From Thermoanaerobaculia bacterium (lineage in GTDB: Bacteria; Acidobacteriota; Thermoanaerobaculia; Multivoradales; JAHEKO01): a DNA stretch of 64,000 bases. This document shows positions 47,090-56,260 of this stretch, in pieces (position 1 is the stretch's first letter; each line of letters starts with the position of its first letter). Location: contig JBHHWO010000003.1 in the NCBI GenBank assembly GCA_046756565.1, forward strand, positions 144-64,143, written 5' to 3'. The translations under genes were made by a program, and so were the position numbers. A model generated the notes under the pieces. That model did not search any database, was not told where the DNA came from, and saw only the letters and a list, made by a program, of their open reading frames with translations.

Positions 47090-47725
47090 ATGAACGATTC
47101 CACCTCTGCGAGAATCGCACTCCTGGTCACCGGCGCCTCGGGCATGAGCTTGCCACGAGTGTTGCTCGGTACGCTCGCGAGCCATCCGGCCATCGAGAAG
47201 ATTCACCTGGTGGTCTCGGCGGGAGCCAGCCAGGTGCTCAAGCATGAGCTCGATCGTGACAAGACCGGAGCCGAGGACCTCATTGGCGCTGCTGCGATCG
47301 AACCGGCGGACCGCGAGCGGATTACGGTCCATCGCGACAGCGAGCTTGACGCTGCGGTCGCGTCCGGCTCGTACCGGCTGACCGGAACCGCGATCGTGCC
47401 CTGCAGCGCGGGTACCCTGGGTGCGCTCGCCACCGGCAGCGCGCGTACGCTGATCCAGCGCGTCGGTGCGGTGGCACTCAAAGAGGATTGGCCCCTGGTT
47501 CTCGGTTTCCGCGAAACTCCCCTTTCGATCGTCCACCTCGAGAACCTCCGCCGCCTTGCCTACGCGGGGGCCGTGATCCTGCCACCCGTGCCCGCCTTCT
47601 ACATCGGGGGTGACTCGATGGATCGCTTCCTCGAGCACTACAGCCTCCGGATCATGGATCGACTGGGTCTTGCCGCGGTCGACTCGAGCGAGCTTCGCTG
47701 GCCGCCTCGGGGACACCTTTCCTAG
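47090..47725 (+). CDS. ubiX: UbiX/Pad1-family flavin prenyltransferase
   Basis: ...IALLVTGASG...TAIVPCSAGTLGA... flavoprotein signature. Confidence 0.8.
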   Translation: MNDSTSARIALLVTGASGMSLPRVLLGTLASHPAIEKIHLVVSAGASQVLKHELDRDKTGAEDLIGAAAIEPADRERITVHRDSELDAAVASGSYRLTGTAIVPCSAGTLGALATGSARTLIQRVGAVALKEDWPLVLGFRETPLSIVHLENLRRLAYAGAVILPPVPAFYIGGDSMDRFLEHYSLRIMDRLGLAAVDSSELRWPPRGHLS

Positions 47726-47858
47726 GTGTCCCCTTCTCGGCTGGTTTTCGGAGTCTCCTCCGGTCGCAACGGCGCATCATCCGTACGTCGCGACCTGGGC
47801 GTAGAGGAGGCGGTACCCCGATATACTCGCAGTCCCAAGACCGCCACGTTTCGCGCCC

Positions 47859-48995
47859 ATGAGCACGCCAATCCCCGACATCCGACCCGAGAGGTTCCCG
47901 ATTCCGCTCCAGACTCTGGCCGCGAAGGTCCGCGACGGCGAGCGCCTCGACGAGGCCGACGCACTGTTGTGCTTTTCGACCCCGGACATCCTTCATCTCG
48001 GGCGCCTGGCCGGAGCCGTTCGGACCCAACTCCACGGCGATGTCGCCTATTTCAACGTCAACCGGCATATCAACCCGACCAACATCTGTGTCTACACCTA
48101 CGACTGCAAGTTCTGTGGATTCGCCGCGCTCCCGGGCGAGGGTCATGCCTGGGAGATGTCCCACCAGGACGTCTACGAGCACGCCGCCAAGCAGGGCGGT
48201 GACTCGGTCACCGAGTTCCACATCGTCGGTGGACTTCACCCGGACCTCTCACTCGAGTGGTACTGCGAGATGCTCCGGGGCCTCAAGCAGCGGTTCCCGA
48301 GCGTGCATCTGAAGGCCTTCACCGCGATCGAGATCGGCTGGTTCGCGCAGCACGAAAAGATTCCGATACGCGAGGTACTGGAGCGCCTGCGCGCCGCCGG
48401 CCTGGGATCTCTGCCCGGCGGCGGTGCCGAGATCTTCCACGAGCAGGTCCGCAAGGAGATCTGCAACGGCAAACTCGATTCCGACGAGTGGATCGAGGTT
48501 CATCGGACCGCTCACGGGATGGGCATCCCGTCGAACTGCACCATGCTCTACGGCCACATCGAACAGGCCGACCACAAGGTGGACCATTTGATGCGACTGC
48601 GTCAGCTCCAGGACGAGACCCGCGGCTTCAACTGCTTCATCCCCCTGGCCTATCACCCGGAGAACAACTACATGGGGCTCAAGTACCACACCACCGGTAC
48701 CGAAGACTTGCGCCACCTGGCCGCCTCGCGACTGGTGCTCGACAACGTGGCGCACCTCAAGGCCTACTGGATCATGATCTCGCCGAAGCTGGCTCAAGTG
48801 GCGCTTTCGTTCGGAGCCGACGACATCGACGGGACGGTCGTCGAAGAGACCATCTACCACATGGCGGGCGCAGAAACCGATCAGTACATCTCGCGCGGCG
48901 AGCTCGAGCGAATCGTCCGCGAGGCCGGCTACACGCCAATCGAGCGGAACACTCTCTACCAATCGATCCGCAGCGCGGAAGCCGTGAGCGTGTGA
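47859..48995 (+). CDS. Radical SAM enzyme of the CofH/MqnC/MqnE family (futalosine-pathway menaquinone biosynthesis candidate)
   Basis: ...NICVYTYDCKFCGF... radical-SAM Cys cluster; TIM-barrel-like remainder; adjacent to ubiX. Confidence 0.7.
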   Translation: MSTPIPDIRPERFPIPLQTLAAKVRDGERLDEADALLCFSTPDILHLGRLAGAVRTQLHGDVAYFNVNRHINPTNICVYTYDCKFCGFAALPGEGHAWEMSHQDVYEHAAKQGGDSVTEFHIVGGLHPDLSLEWYCEMLRGLKQRFPSVHLKAFTAIEIGWFAQHEKIPIREVLERLRAAGLGSLPGGGAEIFHEQVRKEICNGKLDSDEWIEVHRTAHGMGIPSNCTMLYGHIEQADHKVDHLMRLRQLQDETRGFNCFIPLAYHPENNYMGLKYHTTGTEDLRHLAASRLVLDNVAHLKAYWIMISPKLAQVALSFGADDIDGTVVEETIYHMAGAETDQYISRGELERIVREAGYTPIERNTLYQSIRSAEAVSV

Positions 48996-49636
48996 CCGAG
49001 TCGCCGCCGGTACACTACATCGCGGTCGATGGGCCGATCGGAGTCGGCAAGACGACTCTGGTCGAGCTCCTTGCGCAGCGCTTCGACGGGGTCAAGCTCC
49101 TCGAAGACGTGGAAAACCCGTTCCTGCCTTCGTTCTACGAAGACCGGCCCGGAGCCGCCTTCCAGACCGAGCTCTACTTCCTGCTCTCCCGATTCAAGCA
49201 GCAGCAGGACGTCGCGCAAAGGAACCTGTTCGATCGCTTGATGGTCGCGGACTATACCTTCCCCAAGAACCGCATCTTCGCCTACCTGAATCTGTCGGAC
49301 GACGAGCTCATGCTGTTCGACAAGCTCTACACGCTACTCGAGCCGCAGCTGGCGGCACCCGATCTCGTGATCTACCTGGTTGCCGATCTCGACACCTGCA
49401 TGGAGCGAATCGACAAACGCAGGCGTGATTTCGAACGAGACATGTCGACCGAGTACATGACCGAGTTGATCGACGCTTACAATCACTACTACCACTACTA
49501 CAACCGCTCACCGCTTCTGGTCGTCGACACCCGCAGCCTGAACTTCGCCCAGCAGCCCGAGCATTTCGATGACCTCATTCAGAGGATCTCGAGGCCGCTA
49601 AAGGGCACTCACTACTATCAGCCGTTGGGCGGTTAG
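48992..49636 (+). CDS. Deoxynucleoside kinase (dCK/dGK family)
   Basis: GTG start in a GTGA overlap with the preceding stop; P-loop AVDGPIGVGKTT; ...ERS... and DR motifs of dNK enzymes. The track ORF from 48257 is an out-of-frame shadow upstream. Confidence 0.75.
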   Translation: MTESPPVHYIAVDGPIGVGKTTLVELLAQRFDGVKLLEDVENPFLPSFYEDRPGAAFQTELYFLLSRFKQQQDVAQRNLFDRLMVADYTFPKNRIFAYLNLSDDELMLFDKLYTLLEPQLAAPDLVIYLVADLDTCMERIDKRRRDFERDMSTEYMTELIDAYNHYYHYYNRSPLLVVDTRSLNFAQQPEHFDDLIQRISRPLKGTHYYQPLGG

Positions 49637-49671
49637 GCGCGCGGAAGTGCTCGTCGAGCCGTGCTAGGGTA

Positions 49672-51555
49672 ATGGGCTTCGAAAGTCTTGCCGCTAGCGC
49701 TTTGCGCCAGGTGCGCATACGAAATCAAGGTGGTCTCGCAGTGACACTCCCGATCGAAGAAGTCCTCGAGGGCAAGTACGAGATCCTCGAGAAGATCGGT
49801 GAGGGCGGAATCGGATCCGTCTACAAGGTCCGCCACCGGTTGCTCGACGAGATCCGGGTCATCAAGGTCCTGCGGCCCCAAGTCGCGGCCAAGGAAGATC
49901 ATCAGGAGCGCTTCCTTCACGAAGCCCGCATGGCGATTCGGCTCAAGCACCCGAACATCGCCCAACTCCACGATTTTTCGATCTCCGACGAAGGCACCGC
50001 CTTCATCGTCATGGAGTTCATCGACGGCATCGCACTCGACGCCCTACTCAAGGCCTCCGGCCCGCCCAGCCTCGATCTGACGCTGGAGATGGCGCAGCAG
50101 TCATTGCGGGCACTGGCCTATCTCCACTCTCATGAGCTGGTTCACCGCGATGTGTCGCCGGACAACTTGATGCTGACCACGTCGTTCGACGGCACCGCGC
50201 GCATCAAGCTGATCGACCTGGGCATCGCCAAGAACCTGGCCGAGGAAAGCAACCTGACACAGACGGGCGTTTTCCTGGGCAAGGTCCGTTACTGTTCACC
50301 CGAGCAGTTCTCGAGCGCGGAAGATCAGACCCGGCCGCTCGATCATCGCAGCGACATCTACTCATTCGGACTACTGCTTTACGAGCTCCTGACCGGTATC
50401 TACCCGTTCAAGGGCGAGACCTTTGCCGAGCTGGCGGGCTGCCATCTGTTCCAGCCGCCGATCGGTTTCGATCAGACGGATCCCGAGGGCAAGGTGCCCG
50501 ATGAGTTGCGCGAGGTCGTGCTGCGATCCATCGCAAAGGATCCCGAGGACCGCTTCTCTACCGCCGAAGAGTTCGTTCAGGAGCTGCTTCCGTTTCGCGA
50601 CACCGAGAGCTCGATCGAGGACGAGCTCAATCGCACGGTCGAGCGAACGACCTCAGCGATCGCTCTCAAGAACTACACTCGCCCGGGTTCCACCCAGGAC
50701 CGTCTGAACGCCGAGTTCGGGCTCGGCACCACGGCCGCGCCCAAGCCGCTGACCGAGGCTCGGCAGCCAGAAGCAGCTGGCGCAAGAGGTACGGCCTCGG
50801 CGGTATTGCCTACAGCCGGCGGCCCGGCCAAGAAATGGTGGTGGATCGCCGGAGGCGGCGCAGCCGTGGTCCTGGCGGGTCTCGGCATCTGGCTCGGTAG
50901 CTCCGTTCTGGGCCGAGACTCGGGCGACACGGCGGGTGACGGCTCCTCCGAGGCGCAGGCTATAGAGATCGCGCAGACCGAGAGATTCACTCTTCCCGAG
51001 GTTGACCCCGACCGGGTGGCTCTCGACGCCGCGCTGCCTCCTCCGCCCACCGGAGACGAAGAGAAAGCGGCCCCTCAGGTCGAACCTGGAACTGATGCTC
51101 CCGGTCCCTCCCAGCTCGGACCGGACCCGGACCCGGAAGACGGACGCCGGCCTCCGCTCGGTGACCCTCAGTTCCAGGGGAGACCCCCACCCCACGGTGG
51201 GCGTCCGCCGCCGGGGAGTCGGCCGGGAGAGCTCGGTCCACCACCGATCGGCCGGACTTCGGAGATCTATGAGACCAGCGTGGGGGTGGTCGCTCCGGTG
51301 CTGGAGATGCTGCCCGAGCCGATGTATCCGGACGGCAAGCGGCCCAAGAACCGTCTCACGGTGGACGTCGCGGTGCTGGTCGACGAGGAAGGCAAGGTGC
51401 TCACCGCCCGGGTCGAGGCCGGCGCAGGGTTTCGGCGCCGCTTTCGCGACGCCGCCATCGAGACCGCGAAGCGATCGAGATTCCGCCCCGCGGTTCGCAA
51501 CGGCGTCGCAGGCCGCATGTGGACCAGTCTCAAGATCGTATTCGAGACCGAGTAG
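49672..51555 (+). CDS. Ser/Thr protein kinase with TM helix, Pro-rich periplasmic linker and C-terminal TonB_C-like domain
   Basis: Kinase motifs IGEGGIGSVYKV, VIKVL, HRDVSPDNLML, DLGIAK, SPEQ. TM WWWIAGGGAAVVLAGLGIWLG. PPxxG-rich spacer. C-terminus ...PEPMYPDGKRPKNRLTVDVAVLVDEEGKVLTARVE...AAIETAKRSRFRPAVRNGV... resembles TonB_C. Confidence 0.8.
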   Translation: MGFESLAASALRQVRIRNQGGLAVTLPIEEVLEGKYEILEKIGEGGIGSVYKVRHRLLDEIRVIKVLRPQVAAKEDHQERFLHEARMAIRLKHPNIAQLHDFSISDEGTAFIVMEFIDGIALDALLKASGPPSLDLTLEMAQQSLRALAYLHSHELVHRDVSPDNLMLTTSFDGTARIKLIDLGIAKNLAEESNLTQTGVFLGKVRYCSPEQFSSAEDQTRPLDHRSDIYSFGLLLYELLTGIYPFKGETFAELAGCHLFQPPIGFDQTDPEGKVPDELREVVLRSIAKDPEDRFSTAEEFVQELLPFRDTESSIEDELNRTVERTTSAIALKNYTRPGSTQDRLNAEFGLGTTAAPKPLTEARQPEAAGARGTASAVLPTAGGPAKKWWWIAGGGAAVVLAGLGIWLGSSVLGRDSGDTAGDGSSEAQAIEIAQTERFTLPEVDPDRVALDAALPPPPTGDEEKAAPQVEPGTDAPGPSQLGPDPDPEDGRRPPLGDPQFQGRPPPHGGRPPPGSRPGELGPPPIGRTSEIYETSVGVVAPVLEMLPEPMYPDGKRPKNRLTVDVAVLVDEEGKVLTARVEAGAGFRRRFRDAAIETAKRSRFRPAVRNGVAGRMWTSLKIVFETE

Positions 51556-51585
51556 CGTCAGGCCGCCCTGCCCCGACGTCTTCGG

Positions 51586-53811
51586 TTACAGGATCTCGAC
51601 TTCGACCGGGCCTTTGAGCCGCATCATGCAGGCCAGTCGGCACGGGCCGGCTTCGAGCTCACAGATCTCCTCCAGCGTCTCACGCTCCTGATCCGAAAGC
51701 TCGTCCACGTTTTCGGCGCCCGACAACACGCGCACGGGGTCGCTGCCGCAGATTCCGGAATGACACTCCGCGGTGATCTGCACGCCCGCGGCTTCGGCCG
51801 CCTCGCAGACGTTGGACCCGGCGGCAACCGGCACCGACTCGCCGGTACCCTTGAAGGTAGCGGTCGGGCCCTCGGCCGCGGCGCTCCCGTCCGCTTCCCG
51901 GGCAGCGCCAACGGCCGGCGGTGACTCGGCAAGGCCCTCGTCCAGAACCTCCTCGGCGCCCCGGCTGAACAGGAAGGACTGCTGTCCCATGCGGATCCGG
52001 TCTCCGTGCTCCAGGAGGCGCGCGGCGCGGACTTTCAAATAGGTGCCGTTGACGCTTTTGAGGTCCTTGATCAGGATCGCTCCGCCCTCGGCGGACACCG
52101 CGAGATGGCGCCGCGAGAGCGTCGTGTCCTCGGCGTCGAGGATCCCCCCGGGCGCCTCGCGTCCGAAGATCATCGGCTTGTCTCCGAGCTCGTAGCGTCC
52201 CTCCTCGGCGCCCGCTGCGTCGTAGTGAATCACCGCCATTTCGCCGCCATCGATCGAGAACAGCAGGAACTGGCGGCCGACACGCACCAAGTCCCGGTCT
52301 CCGACCTCGATCTTCTTGGCAGCTTGCGCGCGCAGGAAAACGCCCGTGGCTCCACCGTCGTCGCGCACGAAATAGCCTTCCTCGCTGTGCGCCACCGATC
52401 CGTGGACATTCGACAGTGTCGAGTCGTCGGCAAACGCCAGATCACAGCCGGAGCGCCCGATGGTCACGACTCCTTTGACGGGCAGCGGATACTCGTCCTC
52501 CTGGACACCCGTGGGAAGCACGCGAATCAAGAGGGGCCCAGCGGAGACCTCTTCGCGGCCGGGCTCCAGGCTCTCCTCGGGCGGGCCGCTAGGCTCCGCC
52601 GACCCGGCCGGCGTCCCGGCGACGGCGGATTCGGAGACCTCGAGCTCCGCCTCCTGGATCTCGACGTCGATCTGCTCTTTGCCGTCGATCCGCTGCCGGA
52701 TCACCTGGGCCACTCGCACGCCGTCACGCAGGGCCGACTTGATGTTGCCGCGATGCTTGACCTCCTTGAAGCCGGCAGGGTCGGCGTCGAAATCCTCGGT
52801 CTCGAAGTAGGCCTGGCTCAGCAGATCTCCCACCAGGTACAAGTTGTTCTGGCAGGTCTCGAGGCACCGATTGACCACCATGCGCTTCCTGTTCTTGGGC
52901 CCGCCGTTGACCATGTGAACCCCGAACGAGTTGAGGAGGGCTTCCGGAATGTCCTCGCCGATGCAGGCGATGACCTGCGGCTTGGGAAACTCCAGCAGAG
53001 TGAGCTCGCCGGGCCGTCCGTCCATCCGGCGCCGGTCGGTGCGAATCGCCAGGTACTCCTCTCGGTCGTCGCCGGTCAAGACGGCCACCGGCTCGCTGCG
53101 CCGGTAGTAGCGGATGTTGCCGTTGCCGACATAGGCGGCGAAAAACGCATCCGCCAGGGCCTTGGAGATCCTCGGCATCTTGTCGCCGCGGTAGGACCAG
53201 TAGACCGAAGTGCGGTCTCGGGCCTCGCTCTTGGCCTCGGAAATGGCGATCACCGCCTCGGCGGCCGAGGTTCCACCTCCGATAACGCAGGCGGGCTGCC
53301 CGACGAATCGCTCGGCCTCGGAAAGCTTGTAGGCGATGCCGTCGGTATTGCCGGGGATATCGAAGCGACGCGGTACGCCGCGGCCCAGAGCCAGGACCAC
53401 ATGACGGGCTTCGTAATGCTCGCTTTGGCGTGTCCGGTGGTTCCACAGTGTCGCGCGATAGCCGCCGTTTTCGAGTAGCTCGAGCTCCGAGAGCTCGGCG
53501 CCCACCCGGACCGGAACCTCGTGCTCTCGATAGAGCTCTTTCCATTGCTCGCACATGTCGTCTTTGTCGATCGGATCAAAATGGAGACAGGAGACCAGGT
53601 TCCCTCCCACCGGGAAGCACATCTGATCGCCGCCACCGAAGCTCGGCAGGATCAGCTTGTCCTTGGCGTAGTCGCGAATGCGCTTCATCAGGTCGTCGTA
53701 GTCGACCACCAGAACGCCGATGCCGAGCTCGACCGCGCGGAAGGCCGTGGCCGTACCGGCCGGGCCACCGCCGGCGATGAGAACGTCCACCGTTTTCGAA
53801 GACCCAGCCAT
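51586..53811 (-). CDS. Multidomain protein: two-dinucleotide-binding FAD/NAD(P) oxidoreductase, two FHA domains, C-terminal ferredoxin-like (2Fe-2S-type) domain
   Basis: VLIAGGGPAGTA and VIGGGTSAAEA Rossmann motifs. FHA 1: TIGRSGCDLAF...VFLR...VGRQFLLF. FHA 2: IFGRE...LSRRHLAV...IKDLKSVNGTYLKV...GDRIRMGQQSFLF. C-terminus ...AECHSGICGSD...CRLAC.... ATG at 53811 (4 bp after the upstream gene's stop); the track extends to 53889. Confidence 0.7.
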   Translation of the reverse strand: MAGSSKTVDVLIAGGGPAGTATAFRAVELGIGVLVVDYDDLMKRIRDYAKDKLILPSFGGGDQMCFPVGGNLVSCLHFDPIDKDDMCEQWKELYREHEVPVRVGAELSELELLENGGYRATLWNHRTRQSEHYEARHVVLALGRGVPRRFDIPGNTDGIAYKLSEAERFVGQPACVIGGGTSAAEAVIAISEAKSEARDRTSVYWSYRGDKMPRISKALADAFFAAYVGNGNIRYYRRSEPVAVLTGDDREEYLAIRTDRRRMDGRPGELTLLEFPKPQVIACIGEDIPEALLNSFGVHMVNGGPKNRKRMVVNRCLETCQNNLYLVGDLLSQAYFETEDFDADPAGFKEVKHRGNIKSALRDGVRVAQVIRQRIDGKEQIDVEIQEAELEVSESAVAGTPAGSAEPSGPPEESLEPGREEVSAGPLLIRVLPTGVQEDEYPLPVKGVVTIGRSGCDLAFADDSTLSNVHGSVAHSEEGYFVRDDGGATGVFLRAQAAKKIEVGDRDLVRVGRQFLLFSIDGGEMAVIHYDAAGAEEGRYELGDKPMIFGREAPGGILDAEDTTLSRRHLAVSAEGGAILIKDLKSVNGTYLKVRAARLLEHGDRIRMGQQSFLFSRGAEEVLDEGLAESPPAVGAAREADGSAAAEGPTATFKGTGESVPVAAGSNVCEAAEAAGVQITAECHSGICGSDPVRVLSGAENVDELSDQERETLEEICELEAGPCRLACMMRLKGPVEVEIL

Positions 53812-53815
53812 CTCT

Positions 53816-54670
53816 TCAACCTTCCTCGACCAAACGTCCCTCGAGGCGGCCGAAGACGACCCGCTCTCCGACCGGAAGCTCGACTTCACCCTCCGTCTGG
53901 GCGCCCGCCACGAACGTGTGGTTGCGGCTGCCTTCGTCGCGCACCAGCACCTTGTCGCCCGTCACGGTCACTACCGCGTGACGGCGAGAGACGTCCGGGA
54001 CGTTCAGGCGCACTCGGGCGTCCTTGGTGCGACCGACGAGGTTTTCGCCCTCGTCGAGCTGGAAGCGCTGGACTCGGCCCGCCATCTGGAGCTCCAGAAA
54101 CAGGCGGCGGCCGGGCGCACCCGGCTGCGCAGGCCTGCTTGCGCTCGCGCTCGCCTCGGCCAGGATCTCGGGAATCGGCACGACGACCTTCTCGACACGA
54201 GTACCGCCGTCGTCCGCCAGCTCCTTGGACGCGGCCGGCTTCTTTTCTGCCAGCTCGTCCTCGGACCGCTTCTCCTCGGCTCCGTCGTCGCGCAGGGCCG
54301 CCGGCAGAATTGGGATCTCGCCGTCCGTTTGCGTCTTGTCGACGGGAGGGATATCGATGGTGTCGAACTCACCGCCTTCGGTATCGAGAGCCTGAAAGAT
54401 AAACCTCTCGCTACCGCCGAAGCAGACCATGCTGAGCGGACCGATCGGCTCCGGCCGCTCGAGGCGCACGCCGTCCACTTCGGTGCCGTTCAGGCTTCCG
54501 AGGTCCTCGATCAGATACCTCTCGCTGTCGGTATCGAACGCAATCCGGGCGTGCTCGGTCGACACCACCGAAGCCTGGATGCACACCGTGCTCTCGGCCG
54601 AGCGCCCGATCGTGGCCTCGGCGCCGATCTCGAACTCACCGTGCTCGCGTGATATCAGTTTTGCCTTCAT
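53816..54670 (-). CDS. Tandem FHA-domain protein
   Basis: FHA 1: ...ATIGRSAESTVCI...VSTEHARIAF...YLIEDLGSLNGTEVDGVRL.... FHA 2: ...LVGRTKDARVRLNVPDVSRRHAVVTV..VLVRDEGSRNHTFV.... ATG at 54670 overlaps the upstream stop by 4 bp. Confidence 0.75.
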   Translation of the reverse strand: MKAKLISREHGEFEIGAEATIGRSAESTVCIQASVVSTEHARIAFDTDSERYLIEDLGSLNGTEVDGVRLERPEPIGPLSMVCFGGSERFIFQALDTEGGEFDTIDIPPVDKTQTDGEIPILPAALRDDGAEEKRSEDELAEKKPAASKELADDGGTRVEKVVVPIPEILAEASASASRPAQPGAPGRRLFLELQMAGRVQRFQLDEGENLVGRTKDARVRLNVPDVSRRHAVVTVTGDKVLVRDEGSRNHTFVAGAQTEGEVELPVGERVVFGRLEGRLVEEG

Positions 54671-56247
54671 GGTGCTTCGTCCAAGTACAAGAGTAGCTCC
54701 GACCGGCGACTCTTGTTGGGGTGGAACAGGTGGCACGTGACACAGCGATCCGACGCCAGGCGAGCGGCATGGCACCGCCGGCAGGAGTCGATCGCCGGCA
54801 GGTTCTGGATCGACGCGTTATCGAGGCTCGTATCCGGAGGGTCTTCGGCTTCGAGCTCGTCTTCGATCGGGATGCGGTCGTGGCAATCCAGGCAGCGCGC
54901 CTGCAGGATGTGCGCGCGATGATCGAACTCCGCCCGCCGCAGGGCTCGCTGGTCCTTCTGGACACGGCCGATGGTGGCGTCCTCGACCCGGTGACACTGC
55001 CTGCAGGGCGTCGTCAGCTCTTCGACCAGAAGCTCGATCGAGACCACCTCGTCTTCCGAGAGGTCGGTGCTCTTATCGCCCAGGGCCAGCTCGAAGACCG
55101 TCTCGTCGAGCGCCGCGAACGGCTCTTCCACCTCGCGCGCGAGCTTTCCGAGGAGATCCTCGATCGCGGCCAGCTCGGCCTGAATCTCTTGCTCCGGCCG
55201 GCCCCGCAACCCGATCGCCTGCTCCTCGAGGGCGCCGATGGCCTCTCTATAGAGCGCTCGCAACTCATGGGGCTCGGTGTTCGGCGAGGTCTCGAGGAGA
55301 TCGGCCAAACCCGCGCTCGGATAGAGCATCTGGCGCAGCATGCGCAGGTTCTCCAGAATCCACGGATCTCGGTGGTGGACCGGCCCCTTCACGACCAGGG
55401 AACCGCGGCGGCGATACTCGTTGGGGTCGGTGAAATACGCCCAGCGGATGCCCGCGCCCTGGTCGGCGATGATCTGCTCGAGTGTAGCCACGCCTGGTGC
55501 TCCAGCGCCGGTGCGGATCGGTAGCCCCGGAGTCGAGACCGTCGACGTCAGGTGGCAGGAGTCGCAGTGCCGATCGAAGTCGATCAGCTCGAAGCTCCGG
55601 CCATCCGGTTTGGCGTTATGGCAGTAAAGGCAGGATCTTTCGACGTCGGTGAGCTTCTGGCGCTTCATCACTTCGCGTACGTGGTGAACGTGGGCAAATG
55701 ACAGGCTCTCGTTATCTGCGATCTGCTCGGCGACGAAGTCGAACTCGGGGTGCTCGCTCGTGAAGGAATCGAAATGGCATCGCTCGCAGCGCTGGTCGGC
55801 GACACGAGTGATCGAGGCATCCCGGCCCTCGTGCTCGAGGTGACAGGTGAAGCACGGCACCTCGTGCTCTCCCGGCACCAGGCGGCGGAAATCGTCGGAC
55901 CGGAAGATGTAGTGAGCAGCGAAGTTGTACACACCCAGCTCATCCCCGAATTTTTCGTGACAGCTCGAACAGAGCTCGTCACTCGCCTGTCGCGCTTCCG
56001 GATCGTGGCAGCTCGCGCACTCACTCTCGAAGGCGGCGTGATTGGACGACAGTGGACCATTTGAAGACAAGGAGCCACGGCCCATGAACTCGTCGACCGC
56101 TATGACGCCGAGTACCAACCCGATCAGAGCCGCTCCCAGGAGCAGCATCTTGTTGCGCGCCGGTCGCGGCGGGTACGCATTGGCGACGGGAAGCTCGCTT
56201 TCGCCGAAGCTCCCTTTCTGGCCGGTCCACTTGTCCTTGGGGCTCAT
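54667..56247 (-). CDS. Membrane-anchored decaheme c-type cytochrome
   Basis: Ten CxxCH motifs (CASCH, CSSCH, CFTCH, CERCH, CLYCH, CDSCH, CRQCH, CLDCH, CRRCH, CVTCH). N-terminal signal anchor MLLLGAALIGLVLGVIAV. ATG at 56247 with a GGAG RBS. The track extension to 56415 overlaps the upstream gene. Confidence 0.8.
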   Translation of the reverse strand: MSPKDKWTGQKGSFGESELPVANAYPPRPARNKMLLLGAALIGLVLGVIAVDEFMGRGSLSSNGPLSSNHAAFESECASCHDPEARQASDELCSSCHEKFGDELGVYNFAAHYIFRSDDFRRLVPGEHEVPCFTCHLEHEGRDASITRVADQRCERCHFDSFTSEHPEFDFVAEQIADNESLSFAHVHHVREVMKRQKLTDVERSCLYCHNAKPDGRSFELIDFDRHCDSCHLTSTVSTPGLPIRTGAGAPGVATLEQIIADQGAGIRWAYFTDPNEYRRRGSLVVKGPVHHRDPWILENLRMLRQMLYPSAGLADLLETSPNTEPHELRALYREAIGALEEQAIGLRGRPEQEIQAELAAIEDLLGKLAREVEEPFAALDETVFELALGDKSTDLSEDEVVSIELLVEELTTPCRQCHRVEDATIGRVQKDQRALRRAEFDHRAHILQARCLDCHDRIPIEDELEAEDPPDTSLDNASIQNLPAIDSCRRCHAARLASDRCVTCHLFHPNKSRRSELLLYLDEAP

Positions 56248-56260
56248 GAGCTCAGCTCCG

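Noticed and set aside
48257-48991. Long upstream extension of the deoxynucleoside kinase ORF
   Set aside because: It lies in the alternate frame of the radical SAM gene. Kinase homology begins at the GTG at 48992.
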